The notes under the pieces were generated by a model that saw only the letters and a program-made list of their open reading frames with translations, ran no database searches and was not told the origin of the DNA. Shown here piece by piece: positions 1 to 9,051 of a stretch of DNA of 64,000 bases; the stretch's first letter is position 1, and every line of letters starts with the position of its first letter. Both the position numbers and the translations under genes were made by a program. This stretch comes from a virus. Lineage: Duplodnaviria; Caudoviricetes. The stretch is taken from positions 27,904-91,903 of the IMG/VR virus record IMGVR_UViG_3300025652_000041, one strand, 5' to 3'.

Positions 1-438
1 TTCTCTCCTGCTAGAATGCACCATATTAAACCTGAACTAGAAGAAGTATTATCCCCCGCATTAGAAAAGATGGATGTTCTTCGTACCAAAATAACACATC
101 ATCTAAGTTTCATGAAAAGTATGGAATTGATATGTGATAGTCTGGGTATCAAATTAATACAGGGTTCTTTCCACAAAAGGTGTTGGTCGAATATTTTATT
201 GTCAACACATCCAAGATTCAAAAAAACCGATTCTCCTTGGACTGAATGGATAGAGTATACCCACAAATCACTTAGTAGTTTGAAAGATACCAGTAGACTT
301 GGACTTGGTAGGTATATCGACTTTTATACTTTTGCCGAGAATGACTTCAAAATACTAGAGTACGGTCATCCCAACGAACCCGCTCATGAAGCGTGGTCAC
401 AATACCTATATGATATATTTGTAAAAGAGTTCTCATGA
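1..438 (+). CDS. 5'-truncated protein, probable SGNH/GDSL-like hydrolase C-terminus
   Basis: Frame is open from base 1; ends in GHPNEPAHEAWSQYL, resembling the SGNH block V HP motif and the end of the 33620 ORF. Confidence 0.45.
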   Translation, partial: FSPARMHHIKPELEEVLSPALEKMDVLRTKITHHLSFMKSMELICDSLGIKLIQGSFHKRCWSNILLSTHPRFKKTDSPWTEWIEYTHKSLSSLKDTSRLGLGRYIDFYTFAENDFKILEYGHPNEPAHEAWSQYLYDIFVKEFS

Positions 439-1115
439 AAAATATTATACTACAACACTGGTCGGGTGAGTTGAATTCACTGACTCTACTATCATCTATG
501 AGTATCTCTAAGTATGCTGAGATGGTAAACGCGGACTATGAACTTGTAAGAGGTGACCAATTCACTTCTATGGATGTGAGACCCGAACTACAGAAACTTG
601 TTATGTTGGACAAACGATGGGATGACTATGACAATGTTGTTATGGTTGATGCCGATATGTTTGTTCGTAAGGGTTGTAATGAAAACATATTTGAGTGTGA
701 AGGCATAGGTAGACATACTCAAATCCAAACCAATCTGCGTTCGGGTATTGCAAGAACACTCGGTTTCGTATGGGGTAATGAAGGTGCACCTTACTGGGGT
801 GGATCTATATACAAACTGACCAAGGAACAACGTAAGAAGTTCCGTAGTGTATTGACTGACGATATCGTGTTACGGTATAAACAGAACTGGGTTGATGAAG
901 GTGTCATGCACACTCTCGCACTTAAACTGGGAATGTCCCATACACAGAAGGGTAACTATCTGGACGGTCAGATGTGGAATTATTCTTCGTTTGAACCTGA
1001 TGTGGAACGTGCAAACTTTATACATATAAGAACAAAGATAAAACCTAGTGGCCCCAAAGACACTAAGATGAATAACTACCAAAGACTGGTAGACAGAGGG
1101 TTGATAGCAACCTAA
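435..1115 (+). CDS. Glycosyltransferase, GT-A fold (GT8/GT34-like)
   Basis: YDNVVMVDADMFV DxD motif; similar to the ORFs at 40000 and 46688. Confidence 0.65.
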   Translation: MKNIILQHWSGELNSLTLLSSMSISKYAEMVNADYELVRGDQFTSMDVRPELQKLVMLDKRWDDYDNVVMVDADMFVRKGCNENIFECEGIGRHTQIQTNLRSGIARTLGFVWGNEGAPYWGGSIYKLTKEQRKKFRSVLTDDIVLRYKQNWVDEGVMHTLALKLGMSHTQKGNYLDGQMWNYSSFEPDVERANFIHIRTKIKPSGPKDTKMNNYQRLVDRGLIAT

Positions 1116-1118
1116 AGA

Positions 1119-1166
1119 ATCCCACCTACCTTGGGATCGTGACCTGAACATGTCCCTAAACTGTTC
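1119..1166 (+). other. Candidate structured RNA: hairpin plus H-type pseudoknot
   Basis: ATCCCA-CCTACCT-TGGGAT hairpin (1119-1137), then GAC/GTC and GAACA/TGTTC crossing stems (1141-1166), intergenic. Confidence 0.35.
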
Positions 1167-1186
1167 TCTTTCAAAGATATTAATTG

Positions 1187-1194
1187 TATAAATA
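1187..1194 (+). promoter_or_regulatory. T4-type late promoter
   Basis: Exact TATAAATA, intergenic, about 35 nt upstream of the 1229 ATG. Confidence 0.75.
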
Positions 1195-1228
1195 GAATCG
1201 TACATAATAACTATTTTTGGATTTATTC

Positions 1229-1804
1229 ATGAAACTACTTTATACCCTACTTATTGGTGTGATTTTAACTTCTTCGGCATATGCTCAAGAAAGTGTTATC
1301 GAAGACATTATAAAGACAGACTCTACAACTAATAGTACTGTTACCACAAAATCTGATTCGACAACTACTTTGAAGTCGCCTCCCCCTTCTGCTATTTCCC
1401 CCACGATTAATACGTCAAACTCTGACCTATGTACATTCGGTGTTGCGGGTGCAGTACAAACACAAATTCTTGGTATCTCTGCGGGTACACAGTTCACTGA
1501 TTATAATTGTGAGAAACTAAAGAATGCTAAGACTTTATACGATATGGGTATGAAAGTTGCAGCAGTATCAGTGATGTGTCAAGATAGACGCATATTTGAT
1601 GCAATGATGAACGCAGGAACACCATGTCCGTATGACGGTATGATCGGCGAAGAAGCTAAACTTGCATGGGAAGCAGAACTTGCCGCAGGTGGTTCACCCG
1701 AAGTGAAAAGTGATAAAGATAAAGAAAAGGAGATGACCACAAATGAGAAGACTCTTGCCGCTAGTGGTGGTATTGGCGCTCTGCTCCTCTTACTCTTACT
1801 CTGA
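1229..1804 (+). CDS. Exported Cys-containing protein with C-terminal hydrophobic anchor
   Basis: Signal peptide MKLLYTLLIGVILTSSAYA; 4 Cys; C-terminal GGIGALLLLLLL. Confidence 0.7.
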   Translation: MKLLYTLLIGVILTSSAYAQESVIEDIIKTDSTTNSTVTTKSDSTTTLKSPPPSAISPTINTSNSDLCTFGVAGAVQTQILGISAGTQFTDYNCEKLKNAKTLYDMGMKVAAVSVMCQDRRIFDAMMNAGTPCPYDGMIGEEAKLAWEAELAAGGSPEVKSDKDKEKEMTTNEKTLAASGGIGALLLLLLL

Positions 1805-2603
1805 GGTCATATCCGGTACAACTAGGAACGCAACCGACTTTGGTTATAATTGGGTGATGCGAAATATCTTGCCACAACAGGCAGGACTTGAAGTATCCAG
1901 TGTGTTGTACAGATATACTGCTATAAAGAATACCGAAGATGATATGGTCGTCTATGTCCAGAACGAAGATGCTGGCGGTGACGGTTACATCTTTCGAGAA
2001 GTGGATGATTGGTCTGGACGAAGATCGAACACTATTAATAAGATAGTTCCGGTAGACAATATACTGATAGACCGTTGGGGAGATGGTTCTATCGAATGGA
2101 CTGGAGAAGGTACTGTAGAAGACGCACGGGTGGTTTACAACTATAGGTACGACCCATGTTTCGATCCACAGACTAGTCCTGACTGTCCTGGCTATGTTGT
2201 ACCAATACCCGATATTCCTGAACCGGACTTGACTGCAATATACGAACAAGAACAAAGATTTATCAAGGAGGAAGCTGAGAAAAAGGCAGAACTTGATGAA
2301 GAGGAACAAAAGGAAAAGGATAGAAGGAGGGTTTCGATACAAAAGAATAGGGAACGTTTAGAAATCGCAATGGGTGCAGTTAACTCAGTGTTAATGAGTG
2401 CTGATGCACAACTAAAGCATGATCAGTTACTTGCGCTTGGTTTAATACCACCAGCATATATGAGAGATATATCTGGGGGAACATATGACGAAACAATTAC
2501 ATTAAAAGATGGTAAGTTACCAACTAATCCTAAAGGAAAAAGAGTTGGACTTGCTCAACAATTATTACATACAAAAATGATAAATAGTCAGTATAACAAC
2601 TAA
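1743..2603 (+). CDS. Exported protein (beta-rich N-domain, DPC..DCPGY motif, acidic coiled coil)
   Basis: Signal peptide MRRLLPLVVVLALCSSYSYS; AAGGAG SD upstream; overlaps the previous gene by 62 nt. Confidence 0.7.
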   Translation: MRRLLPLVVVLALCSSYSYSEVISGTTRNATDFGYNWVMRNILPQQAGLEVSSVLYRYTAIKNTEDDMVVYVQNEDAGGDGYIFREVDDWSGRRSNTINKIVPVDNILIDRWGDGSIEWTGEGTVEDARVVYNYRYDPCFDPQTSPDCPGYVVPIPDIPEPDLTAIYEQEQRFIKEEAEKKAELDEEEQKEKDRRRVSIQKNRERLEIAMGAVNSVLMSADAQLKHDQLLALGLIPPAYMRDISGGTYDETITLKDGKLPTNPKGKRVGLAQQLLHTKMINSQYNN

Positions 2604-2619
2604 TCTATAGGGGATAGTT

Positions 2620-3120
2620 ATGTTTAAACAAATTTTATTTGCCACGGTCGCATTAACTTCGACTGGCGTTATGGCATTTACAGAAGTGCCAATTACTGGT
2701 AACGTGGAGTCTAAGTGTGTTATCACTACCGACACGCCCGGAGTCTTTGGTAACCCTGTTAGCAATATTCTTAGTACTAAGTCGATAGATGGTGGGGTAG
2801 AACCTATCGTTCGATTCGATATCATTGAAGCTGGATCTTACAAGGCGGTTCTTTCGTATCCTATCGAGTTTACCACTTCACCGTATTTGAACGATGTTGT
2901 GAATTGGACAGGATTGGTTGATATTGCTGAAGTATCAGATACGTTGATGAATGACTTCGACAACACCAAAGTACTGTACAACAATGTTACAGAATATGAT
3001 TTGACTGTTGCTGGTAGTATATGGTTCAGATCAGAATCTCAAGCAGACTATGGTTATGGGAAATCATTTCCTGGCGGTGTCTACCGTGCCGCAGTCAGTG
3101 CTGAGTGTATAGCGCAATAA
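2620..3120 (+). CDS. Exported fimbrial/pilin-like subunit
   Basis: Signal peptide; N-terminal ITGNVESKCVI and C-terminal PGGVYRAAVSAEC resemble chaperone-usher pilin termini; about 147 aa mature. Confidence 0.55.
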   Translation: MFKQILFATVALTSTGVMAFTEVPITGNVESKCVITTDTPGVFGNPVSNILSTKSIDGGVEPIVRFDIIEAGSYKAVLSYPIEFTTSPYLNDVVNWTGLVDIAEVSDTLMNDFDNTKVLYNNVTEYDLTVAGSIWFRSESQADYGYGKSFPGGVYRAAVSAECIAQ

Positions 3121-3124
3121 TATC

Positions 3125-3499
3125 ATGCGTTATATTATGATGTTATTAGTCCTTATCGGTGGGTATGCGAATGCCCACCAATGGACACCCACGTACCCAA
3201 AACTGAAGTTATCTCATGTCTCTGGTATTATGAAAGTTGATATGGAACTCTTCAACAGCAGGCAGGATGTTGGTTGGTATGAAATATCCGTGTTCGATAA
3301 AGATTGGAATCCTGTAAAGTTTGCGGTAGGTGGTGAACGAATACTAAATGTTCCCTATCTAAAGAAACAAAAAGTGGAAGTGTATGTTAGATTTGGTGAT
3401 ACTAAACTCGTCAAATACATATGCAGTAAATCTAAGATAATAGCGGAAGATGAAAGAGTAACGGTGGTGTCATCGAGGATATGTTCGAAACTTAAATAG
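3125..3499 (+). CDS. Exported PapD-N-like fimbrial chaperone candidate
   Basis: Signal peptide ending ANA; beta-strand pattern ELFN..WYEISVFD..F..ILNV..VEVYV; adjacent to the pilin-like gene. Confidence 0.45.
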   Translation: MRYIMMLLVLIGGYANAHQWTPTYPKLKLSHVSGIMKVDMELFNSRQDVGWYEISVFDKDWNPVKFAVGGERILNVPYLKKQKVEVYVRFGDTKLVKYICSKSKIIAEDERVTVVSSRICSKLK

Positions 3500-3945
3500 T
3501 GAGTGATGTAGTGAGATATTTTATAGTGATTTTAACAATATTATGTGTGGGACAGGTTCATGGAGATTCTAGTGCTTTGAATCTATCATTACCACAATCC
3601 CCATCTAATTATGCTTCAGATCAAATTAGGGCTGGTGATATAGATTGTCGGAATGCAATTGGTTCTGCTACTAACGTAGAGTTCGGTGTTGTCGGTATAA
3701 TCAATCAAGATGATCCATTCAATACGATGGGCATTGACAGTAACCTATACAATAATGGTAGTGGTAAAATGAAAGATGTTGGTGTATATGCCAAGATCAC
3801 CATACCTATAGGTGCACCAAAAGAAAGAATCAACTGTAATACATTATACCAATTAGAACTTACTAAGAAAAGATTAGAAGTCCAGAAGTTACAAGCAGAG
3901 TTGGCGAATCTAAGAAAACTGAAATTCGAGGGTGATGAGAAATAA
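3499..3945 (+). CDS. Exported protein with Cys-bracketed amphipathic beta-hairpin and C-terminal coiled coil
   Basis: Signal peptide; strands NVEFGVVGII and VGVYAKITIPI between two Cys. Confidence 0.6.
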   Translation: MSDVVRYFIVILTILCVGQVHGDSSALNLSLPQSPSNYASDQIRAGDIDCRNAIGSATNVEFGVVGIINQDDPFNTMGIDSNLYNNGSGKMKDVGVYAKITIPIGAPKERINCNTLYQLELTKKRLEVQKLQAELANLRKLKFEGDEK

Positions 3946-4457
3946 TGTCAGAAGAAGAAGACAAAACAGAAATCGAATTTGGAGGAATGACCTTCAAAGG
4001 TGGTAGGATGTTCGCATTGATCACCGCTCTCTCTACACTTGGTGGTGCAGCCTGGGGTGGTTTTGAATTCTACAATGACTATCGTAATATGAAAGAGATT
4101 GTGGAGAACATTGACGTAGACGCTATCTCAGCACGTAACGATATTATCGAGACCAAACTAGACGAAGCAATAGAATATACCCGTGACATTAAGTCTGGTC
4201 TACGTGACGACATCATCTCTATCGAGAAACAAGCAGACCGTGTAGAGGACAATCTAAGAATTACCGAAACTGAAGTACGTGACATGATCGATAAAGCAAA
4301 TGATCGATTCGAAGACAAACGCAACCAACTACAAGAAAACTACGATACCCAACTCAACCGTCTACGTGACAAGAACGACCGAGAGTTAAAAGAACTCGAA
4401 GAACGTCTCACAGACCTAGTTCAAAAGGCATTGGATAACCCCCTGTCCGATAACTAA
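3945..4457 (+). CDS. Single-pass membrane coiled-coil protein
   Basis: TM segment FALITALSTLGGAAWGGF followed by long heptad repeats. Confidence 0.7.
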   Translation: MSEEEDKTEIEFGGMTFKGGRMFALITALSTLGGAAWGGFEFYNDYRNMKEIVENIDVDAISARNDIIETKLDEAIEYTRDIKSGLRDDIISIEKQADRVEDNLRITETEVRDMIDKANDRFEDKRNQLQENYDTQLNRLRDKNDRELKELEERLTDLVQKALDNPLSDN

Positions 4458-4507
4458 GTACACACCAATTCGCATATAAAGAGAATTTGTGTATACTTAA
4501 TCCCCCC

Positions 4508-4536
4508 TTGACATCCTCCCCTTACTGTGGTATACT
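4508..4536 (+). promoter_or_regulatory. sigma70-type promoter
   Basis: TTGACA-17 nt-TATACT. Confidence 0.6.
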
Positions 4537-4631
4537 AAGCCTTATCCAGTCGGGGAGGGTGATTATACCTTTCCGTTATATCAAACCCCATAAAAGTGTT
4601 AAAAAAGTCTAAAAGAATCAGCTGATAAGTG

Positions 4632-4660
4632 TTGACTTCTTGTTATGATTATGAGATAAT
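4632..4660 (+). promoter_or_regulatory. Early promoter cassette, copy 1
   Basis: TTGACT-TCTTGTTATGATTATGA-GATAAT followed by ATTGAGTTGAGAGG SD. Confidence 0.8.
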
Positions 4661-4691
4661 GGTTACCTAATTGAGTTGAGAGGTGTTTGTT

Positions 4692-4862
4692 ATGACTTTA
4701 TCTTTTGAATGTGTTACCCAAAACTTTCCATCAACAATTGGTATGGCGGTAGGTTCTACCGTTATCGTGCGGGACGTTCCCGCTTCATCTAACCCTAACG
4801 GGGTTGCCACTATTGAGGTCAAACGCCTCACTAATGAGTACTGCGATGTACAGGAGTTATAA
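4692..4862 (+). CDS. Small early protein (56 aa)
   Basis: ATG behind the cassette SD; translated manually, not in the ORF track. Confidence 0.6.
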   Translation: MTLSFECVTQNFPSTIGMAVGSTVIVRDVPASSNPNGVATIEVKRLTNEYCDVQEL

Positions 4863-4901
4863 AGACTTCGGTTCTTATACCAAAATGTTCTAAAGAAGGT
4901 G

Positions 4902-4930
4902 TTGACTTCTTGTTATGATTATGAGATAAT
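4902..4930 (+). promoter_or_regulatory. Early promoter cassette, copy 2
   Basis: Same 29-mer as copy 1. Confidence 0.8.
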
Positions 4931-4958
4931 ACCTTTGTTGATTGAGTTGAGAGATATT

Positions 4959-5096
4959 ATGAATAGAGAAGAACAGATTACTTACCACTGGAATGACTTG
5001 ATGGTTCATTGTGAAACTAAAGAACGTTTCAATGAAGAAGAGTTCGAAAGAATCTACAATGAGATTATTGCAAAAATTAATGAGATGGAGAATTAA
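4959..5096 (+). CDS. Small early protein, paralog of 36496-36642
   Basis: WNDL...NE...Y..II..INE pattern shared between the two. Confidence 0.6.
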   Translation: MNREEQITYHWNDLMVHCETKERFNEEEFERIYNEIIAKINEMEN

Positions 5097-5097
5097 A

Positions 5098-5400
5098 ATG
5101 ACCGCATTCGTTAAAGAAAACTTCAGCTGGGACGGTATGTACCTTATGTATCAAGGTGAGTTCGAAGGTTCACGCACTATGGAACAGATAGCACCGAACT
5201 GTCACCCATCTTGGTATGGTAAACCAGAACGTAGGTTCATTGCGCGATTCAAGTATGGTTCGAAACCATTTAAGTCTTGGATTAACTTCCTATGTAAGAA
5301 AGTCTCGATCGAAGAGTATATCGAGATGAGTCAAAAAACTAGTCCGATGGAGACGATGGAATACTTCGGTTTCAAACCACGTAAGAAGAGGACTGTATAA
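5098..5400 (+). CDS. Hypothetical early protein
   Basis: GGAG SD before ATG 5098. Confidence 0.65.
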   Translation: MTAFVKENFSWDGMYLMYQGEFEGSRTMEQIAPNCHPSWYGKPERRFIARFKYGSKPFKSWINFLCKKVSIEEYIEMSQKTSPMETMEYFGFKPRKKRTV

Positions 5401-5615
5401 TGTACGGTAAAGTTGGCGAGACTATTCAATGGGAAACTCATAATGCCATAATTACAGGTGAGATAGTGTTTGTTCATGAGAATCTAGTCGATAACGATAT
5501 TGATTACTATAGTATTGCGACTGGCCCTGAACCTATGGACAGACACTTTCTTGATAGTAAAATGATGAAAACCCTTAATGTTAAAAATTTATCTAACGGA
5601 GAACAATATGTCTAA
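5400..5615 (+). CDS. Hypothetical small protein (SH3-like)
   Basis: Coupled stop/start; KVGETI..GEIV pattern. Confidence 0.55.
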   Translation: MYGKVGETIQWETHNAIITGEIVFVHENLVDNDIDYYSIATGPEPMDRHFLDSKMMKTLNVKNLSNGEQYV

Positions 5616-5832
5616 AATAATGATTGAAATGGAAGAGGAACAGGTTGACGCGATAATGATCGGTGAATTGAAATGGCACCTCGAAACCTTCGGGAAAGAT
5701 CTGGAACGCAGAGAAAAGGGTGAGGGTTTGTCTATATTTGATAATGACCCTAAGGCTGATGTTGTTTACCTGAATGAATATATCGAGGCCTTCGGTTTAG
5801 TGTTGGATTACTATGGTGGTAATCTAAAATGA
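5608..5832 (+). CDS. Hypothetical protein, paralog of 10482-10634
   Basis: Shared EY..AF.LVLD(Y/W)YGG C-terminus. Confidence 0.6.
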   Translation: MSKIMIEMEEEQVDAIMIGELKWHLETFGKDLERREKGEGLSIFDNDPKADVVYLNEYIEAFGLVLDYYGGNLK

Positions 5833-6038
5833 GTAAGTCACTCGTATTGGGGATAATTGAGGAAGAGTTAACTCGACTTCATAAGGAAGCAAAAGAAAGT
5901 ACAGAAACTTCTATTCTCATAATGACTGCCCACTCTATTGGACTGATGCAGAGAGTGAAACAACGTATCGAAGAGGAAGTATAGAATGACACATGGTGAA
6001 TGGCATTTGTTGCAAGTGTTGATTAATTGGAGGAGTGA

Positions 6039-6491
6039 GTGATGAAAATCCACATTGATCGATTCACCAGCAACAACCCAGAACTCACATTTGATGATGT
6101 GGTACAGAACATTCGTATGGGTGTTACTGATAAAGGAACCGTGAATGTTCATTTCGAGACCCGTGACAAATACATAGAGGTGGAAGCCAACGGTACAGTT
6201 GGTGGCCCAGACTATAAGGGCCAGACGATTCATCTTTCTCCTCATCTATGGATTATTGGGGATGGTGGCCTAGGACGACAGTTGGACGGGACGGATGATG
6301 AGTTTTACGATCATCCAAACTTTTGGAGCGCAACACTAATAGTTGACACGGAGGACAATAAATATTATACCAGTAGTGTGATTGCATTGAAGCACGAATA
6401 TTTTGTGAGTTATGTCCTCGACAGTGAAGTGATGAACCATGATTGCCTTGGTGAAGTTGAAATTATTGAATGGGTGGAGGAGAGTGAGTGA
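6039..6491 (+). CDS. Hypothetical protein
   Basis: GGAGG SD, 150 aa ORF. Confidence 0.6.
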   Translation: MMKIHIDRFTSNNPELTFDDVVQNIRMGVTDKGTVNVHFETRDKYIEVEANGTVGGPDYKGQTIHLSPHLWIIGDGGLGRQLDGTDDEFYDHPNFWSATLIVDTEDNKYYTSSVIALKHEYFVSYVLDSEVMNHDCLGEVEIIEWVEESE

Positions 6492-6548
6492 TGAGAAAAA
6501 GAGGTTATAAAGACCTCTTTTTTATAACAAAATAATCTAAGAAAACAG

Positions 6549-6577
6549 TTTACTTTTGCTCAATTCTATTATATAAT
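6549..6577 (+). promoter_or_regulatory. Early promoter cassette, divergent copy
   Basis: TTTACT-17-TATAAT with the upstream ATAACAAAAT..TCTAA element and downstream ATTGAGATGAGG. Confidence 0.6.
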
Positions 6578-6609
6578 TATTACATAAATTGAGATGAGGA
6601 GTAGAGATT

Positions 6610-6966
6610 ATGACTGAATCAAAATATGAAACCAAAACCACCGTGTTTGATCGTGAACATGCCGAGTATACCATGGTGAGTTTTGTTGATAAAGAAACTG
6701 GTGAGATCAGTCATTACGAACTCAACATCAAAGAAAAAGGCTCAACGGGTTTACTAAGCACTACTTGGAGGATGGTGGTTGACCATGGCAGTGACATTGT
6801 GGATATTATTCTCAACACTGAGAAGAAACTACAACTGATCAAACTGTTAGATGAGTTCACTCAAGAAATGGAAGGGCACAGTTACTACAGTAGCAATCCT
6901 GGCATCAGCACCGACGATTATGAAGATGTTGCTGATCGCATTCTGGAAAAATTCTTTTTGAAGTAG
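6610..6966 (+). CDS. Hypothetical early protein
   Basis: ORF behind promoter cassette. Confidence 0.6.
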   Translation: MTESKYETKTTVFDREHAEYTMVSFVDKETGEISHYELNIKEKGSTGLLSTTWRMVVDHGSDIVDIILNTEKKLQLIKLLDEFTQEMEGHSYYSSNPGISTDDYEDVADRILEKFFLK

Positions 6967-7146
6967 GAGTAGAGAAAAATGAGAGAGTTAATTATTAGCA
7001 ATATTGTCAATTCTTCCAAATGGATATTATGTATTAATAACGGCCTGGAAGATGAGCTGCCTAGATTAGAGATTCAGTCAGATCAAATGTTGCTTGAACT
7101 TTACAATTTTTATGTTGTTGGATTATGAAAAACGCAAGGACAGTGA

Positions 7147-7329
7147 GTGATGAATCATCTTGAATACAAACGAACTTTGACTGCTGAACAAGCGATTGAC
7201 GAAGAGTTAGTCAATTGCCACCTTGGCACACTAGAGTCGTTTGAATCACCTTGGGAAGCATTACACGCTCTTATGGTATGGCACCATAACGTTGGCGAAT
7301 ATTTTGCAGAGAAGGAGAACGATCAATGA
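7147..7329 (+). CDS. Hypothetical protein
   Basis: Short ORF in tiled array. Confidence 0.5.
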   Translation: MMNHLEYKRTLTAEQAIDEELVNCHLGTLESFESPWEALHALMVWHHNVGEYFAEKENDQ

Positions 7330-7562
7330 GTGAACGACTATTAACCTCTCTCTGGAGAGAAGAACTGACTGACTGGGGTGACCATAAGACTCCGAACCAT
7401 ACCTACATTACCCGAGGTTCTCAGTTGATAGGGTATGTCAAACGTGGTACGACCGAGGTAATCGAGTTCAGTACACCCCTGAAGACTTGGGCAGTGACTC
7501 GCAGGAAGTTCCGCAAGTTATCCAAAAAAGAGATAAGAACCTACCTTGATATAACAAAATGA
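7326..7562 (+). CDS. Hypothetical protein
   Basis: AAGGAG SD; PNHTY..LIGY..F..TRRKF. Confidence 0.6.
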   Translation: MSERLLTSLWREELTDWGDHKTPNHTYITRGSQLIGYVKRGTTEVIEFSTPLKTWAVTRRKFRKLSKKEIRTYLDITK

Positions 7563-7585
7563 TCTAAAAATAAGTGAAATAAGTC

Positions 7586-7614
7586 TTGCATACTTGTTAT
7601 GATTATGAGATAAT
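7586..7614 (+). promoter_or_regulatory. Early promoter cassette copy
   Basis: TTGCAT-17-GATAAT, with ATTGAGTTGAGAGGTGTTTGTTATG identical to copy 1. Confidence 0.8.
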
Positions 7615-7644
7615 AGTACCCTATTGAGTTGAGAGGTGTTTGTT

Positions 7645-7884
7645 ATGTTTCCAGTTAAGTTGAATGATTTTCGTGATTATGTCCATATGTTCTACGGTAA
7701 GGACGGCATCTACGACCTTGGTTGTAGTATCCCTGATATCCAGTCTGCGATTATGGAATATATGACTACTCTAGCAATGCACGCCCACCAAGAGAATTAT
7801 ATAACTTGGGGTGACGGTGACAGTCTTGACCGTGAACGTGTTCGTGCGATTTTAGAGTCTAATGGTTTCGAGGAGATTAAATAA
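7645..7884 (+). CDS. Hypothetical early protein
   Basis: FYGKDGIYDLG...GDSLDRERVR; behind the cassette SD. Confidence 0.65.
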   Translation: MFPVKLNDFRDYVHMFYGKDGIYDLGCSIPDIQSAIMEYMTTLAMHAHQENYITWGDGDSLDRERVRAILESNGFEEIK

Positions 7885-8297
7885 TGTATGTTTTTATCGA
7901 AGGTCGTCATAAGAATAAAGCGGTTGTTGAAAAATATGTCGATAACCTATGTCGTGCATTGCAGATCAATCGTCTTCAACGCTTATTGACCATTCGATTC
8001 AAAGGAACACTAGACGGTGGTGCACAAGGTCTGTGTCACGGTGAACATGACTATGCTGAAGTTGAGATCGGTACCAACGGTCAGACCTTCATGCGTCAGA
8101 TGCAGGCACTTGCTCACGAGATGGTTCATGCGAAACAATTCTTGCGTGGAGAATTATCCTCGACCGGTGTTTGGAAGTGGAAAGGTCGTAAGGCAGAGAA
8201 TTACGAATACCTTAACCAACCTTGGGAAAAGGAAGCCTACAAGTGGGAACGTGATCTGTTCTTGGACTTCTTCCCATTCGATATGGAAGTGAAATGA
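7884..8297 (+). CDS. Putative zinc metallopeptidase (HExxH)
   Basis: LAHEMVHAKQ and PWEKEAY motifs. Confidence 0.7.
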   Translation: MYVFIEGRHKNKAVVEKYVDNLCRALQINRLQRLLTIRFKGTLDGGAQGLCHGEHDYAEVEIGTNGQTFMRQMQALAHEMVHAKQFLRGELSSTGVWKWKGRKAENYEYLNQPWEKEAYKWERDLFLDFFPFDMEVK

Positions 8298-8491
8298 TAC
8301 GTTTTGTTTTTCTTTCAATCAGTTTCTTGATACTAGTTCACACAGTAAGTTTACGGCTTGAATTTGGTGATGCGGGATTTTGGTCTTTGGCGACTATTCC
8401 CGCATTGGGATATATTCTCCTATTTTTATCTGACATATGGAAATATATACATAGTTATGAAACAACAAAAAGGAGACGTGACACAAAATGA
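8294..8491 (+). CDS. Small two-TM membrane protein
   Basis: Two hydrophobic segments; coupled to neighbours. Confidence 0.45.
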   Translation: MIRFVFLSISFLILVHTVSLRLEFGDAGFWSLATIPALGYILLFLSDIWKYIHSYETTKRRRDTK

Positions 8492-8853
8492 AAGCACTAC
8501 TATTGATCGGTGCCCTTGCGGTAACCGGATGTTCAACCATATCTAACACTAGTTTTTATGATGATAATGAAAGTAAGGCAGTAGTTGATGTCTGGGTATC
8601 AGTTCAGAATTTAGATTGTTCATCTGAACTAGCGCCACTACAGGTCGATGACATTGTACAATCCAAACAATGGTTAAAGACTTATTCAACTGGGAAGGGA
8701 TCTAAAGATGTCCTTGAGATGGTCAGTATCTTCGAGAAGAGTCTCGATGGACTATCTGGAAGAGTATTTGGAGAGACCTACTGCAACTTAAAAAGGAAGA
8801 CATTAATAAACCAGTCCGAGAAAATGACTAAAGCAATGATGAGGAGATTTTAA
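8488..8853 (+). CDS. Putative lipoprotein
   Basis: MKALLLIGALAVTG-C lipobox. Confidence 0.7.
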   Translation: MKALLLIGALAVTGCSTISNTSFYDDNESKAVVDVWVSVQNLDCSSELAPLQVDDIVQSKQWLKTYSTGKGSKDVLEMVSIFEKSLDGLSGRVFGETYCNLKRKTLINQSEKMTKAMMRRF

Positions 8854-9032
8854 TGGAAAGTTATAATCAAAGAATTAAAGACATCCAATTGTTAGACGAA
8901 CTGTCTACCGATGAGAAACGTGAACTATTAGAAGATCTCAGATTAGAGATTGAGATGGATGATGCTGTAAGTGATATGGAAACCAAAGCTACCCTATTGA
9001 AGACAGTTAATCTGTTGATGAAAGTTATTTAA
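8853..9032 (+). CDS. Small acidic helical protein (59 aa)
   Basis: GAGGAG SD; translated manually. Confidence 0.55.
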   Translation: MESYNQRIKDIQLLDELSTDEKRELLEDLRLEIEMDDAVSDMETKATLLKTVNLLMKVI

Positions 9033-9051
9033 CTTTTTTTGAAAAAAAGTA

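Noticed and set aside
1229-4457. Export operon as curli (csg) or type IV pilus genes
   Set aside because: No curlin repeats, no CsgG-like lipoprotein, no class III prepilin G/FxxxE signal and no assembly ATPase
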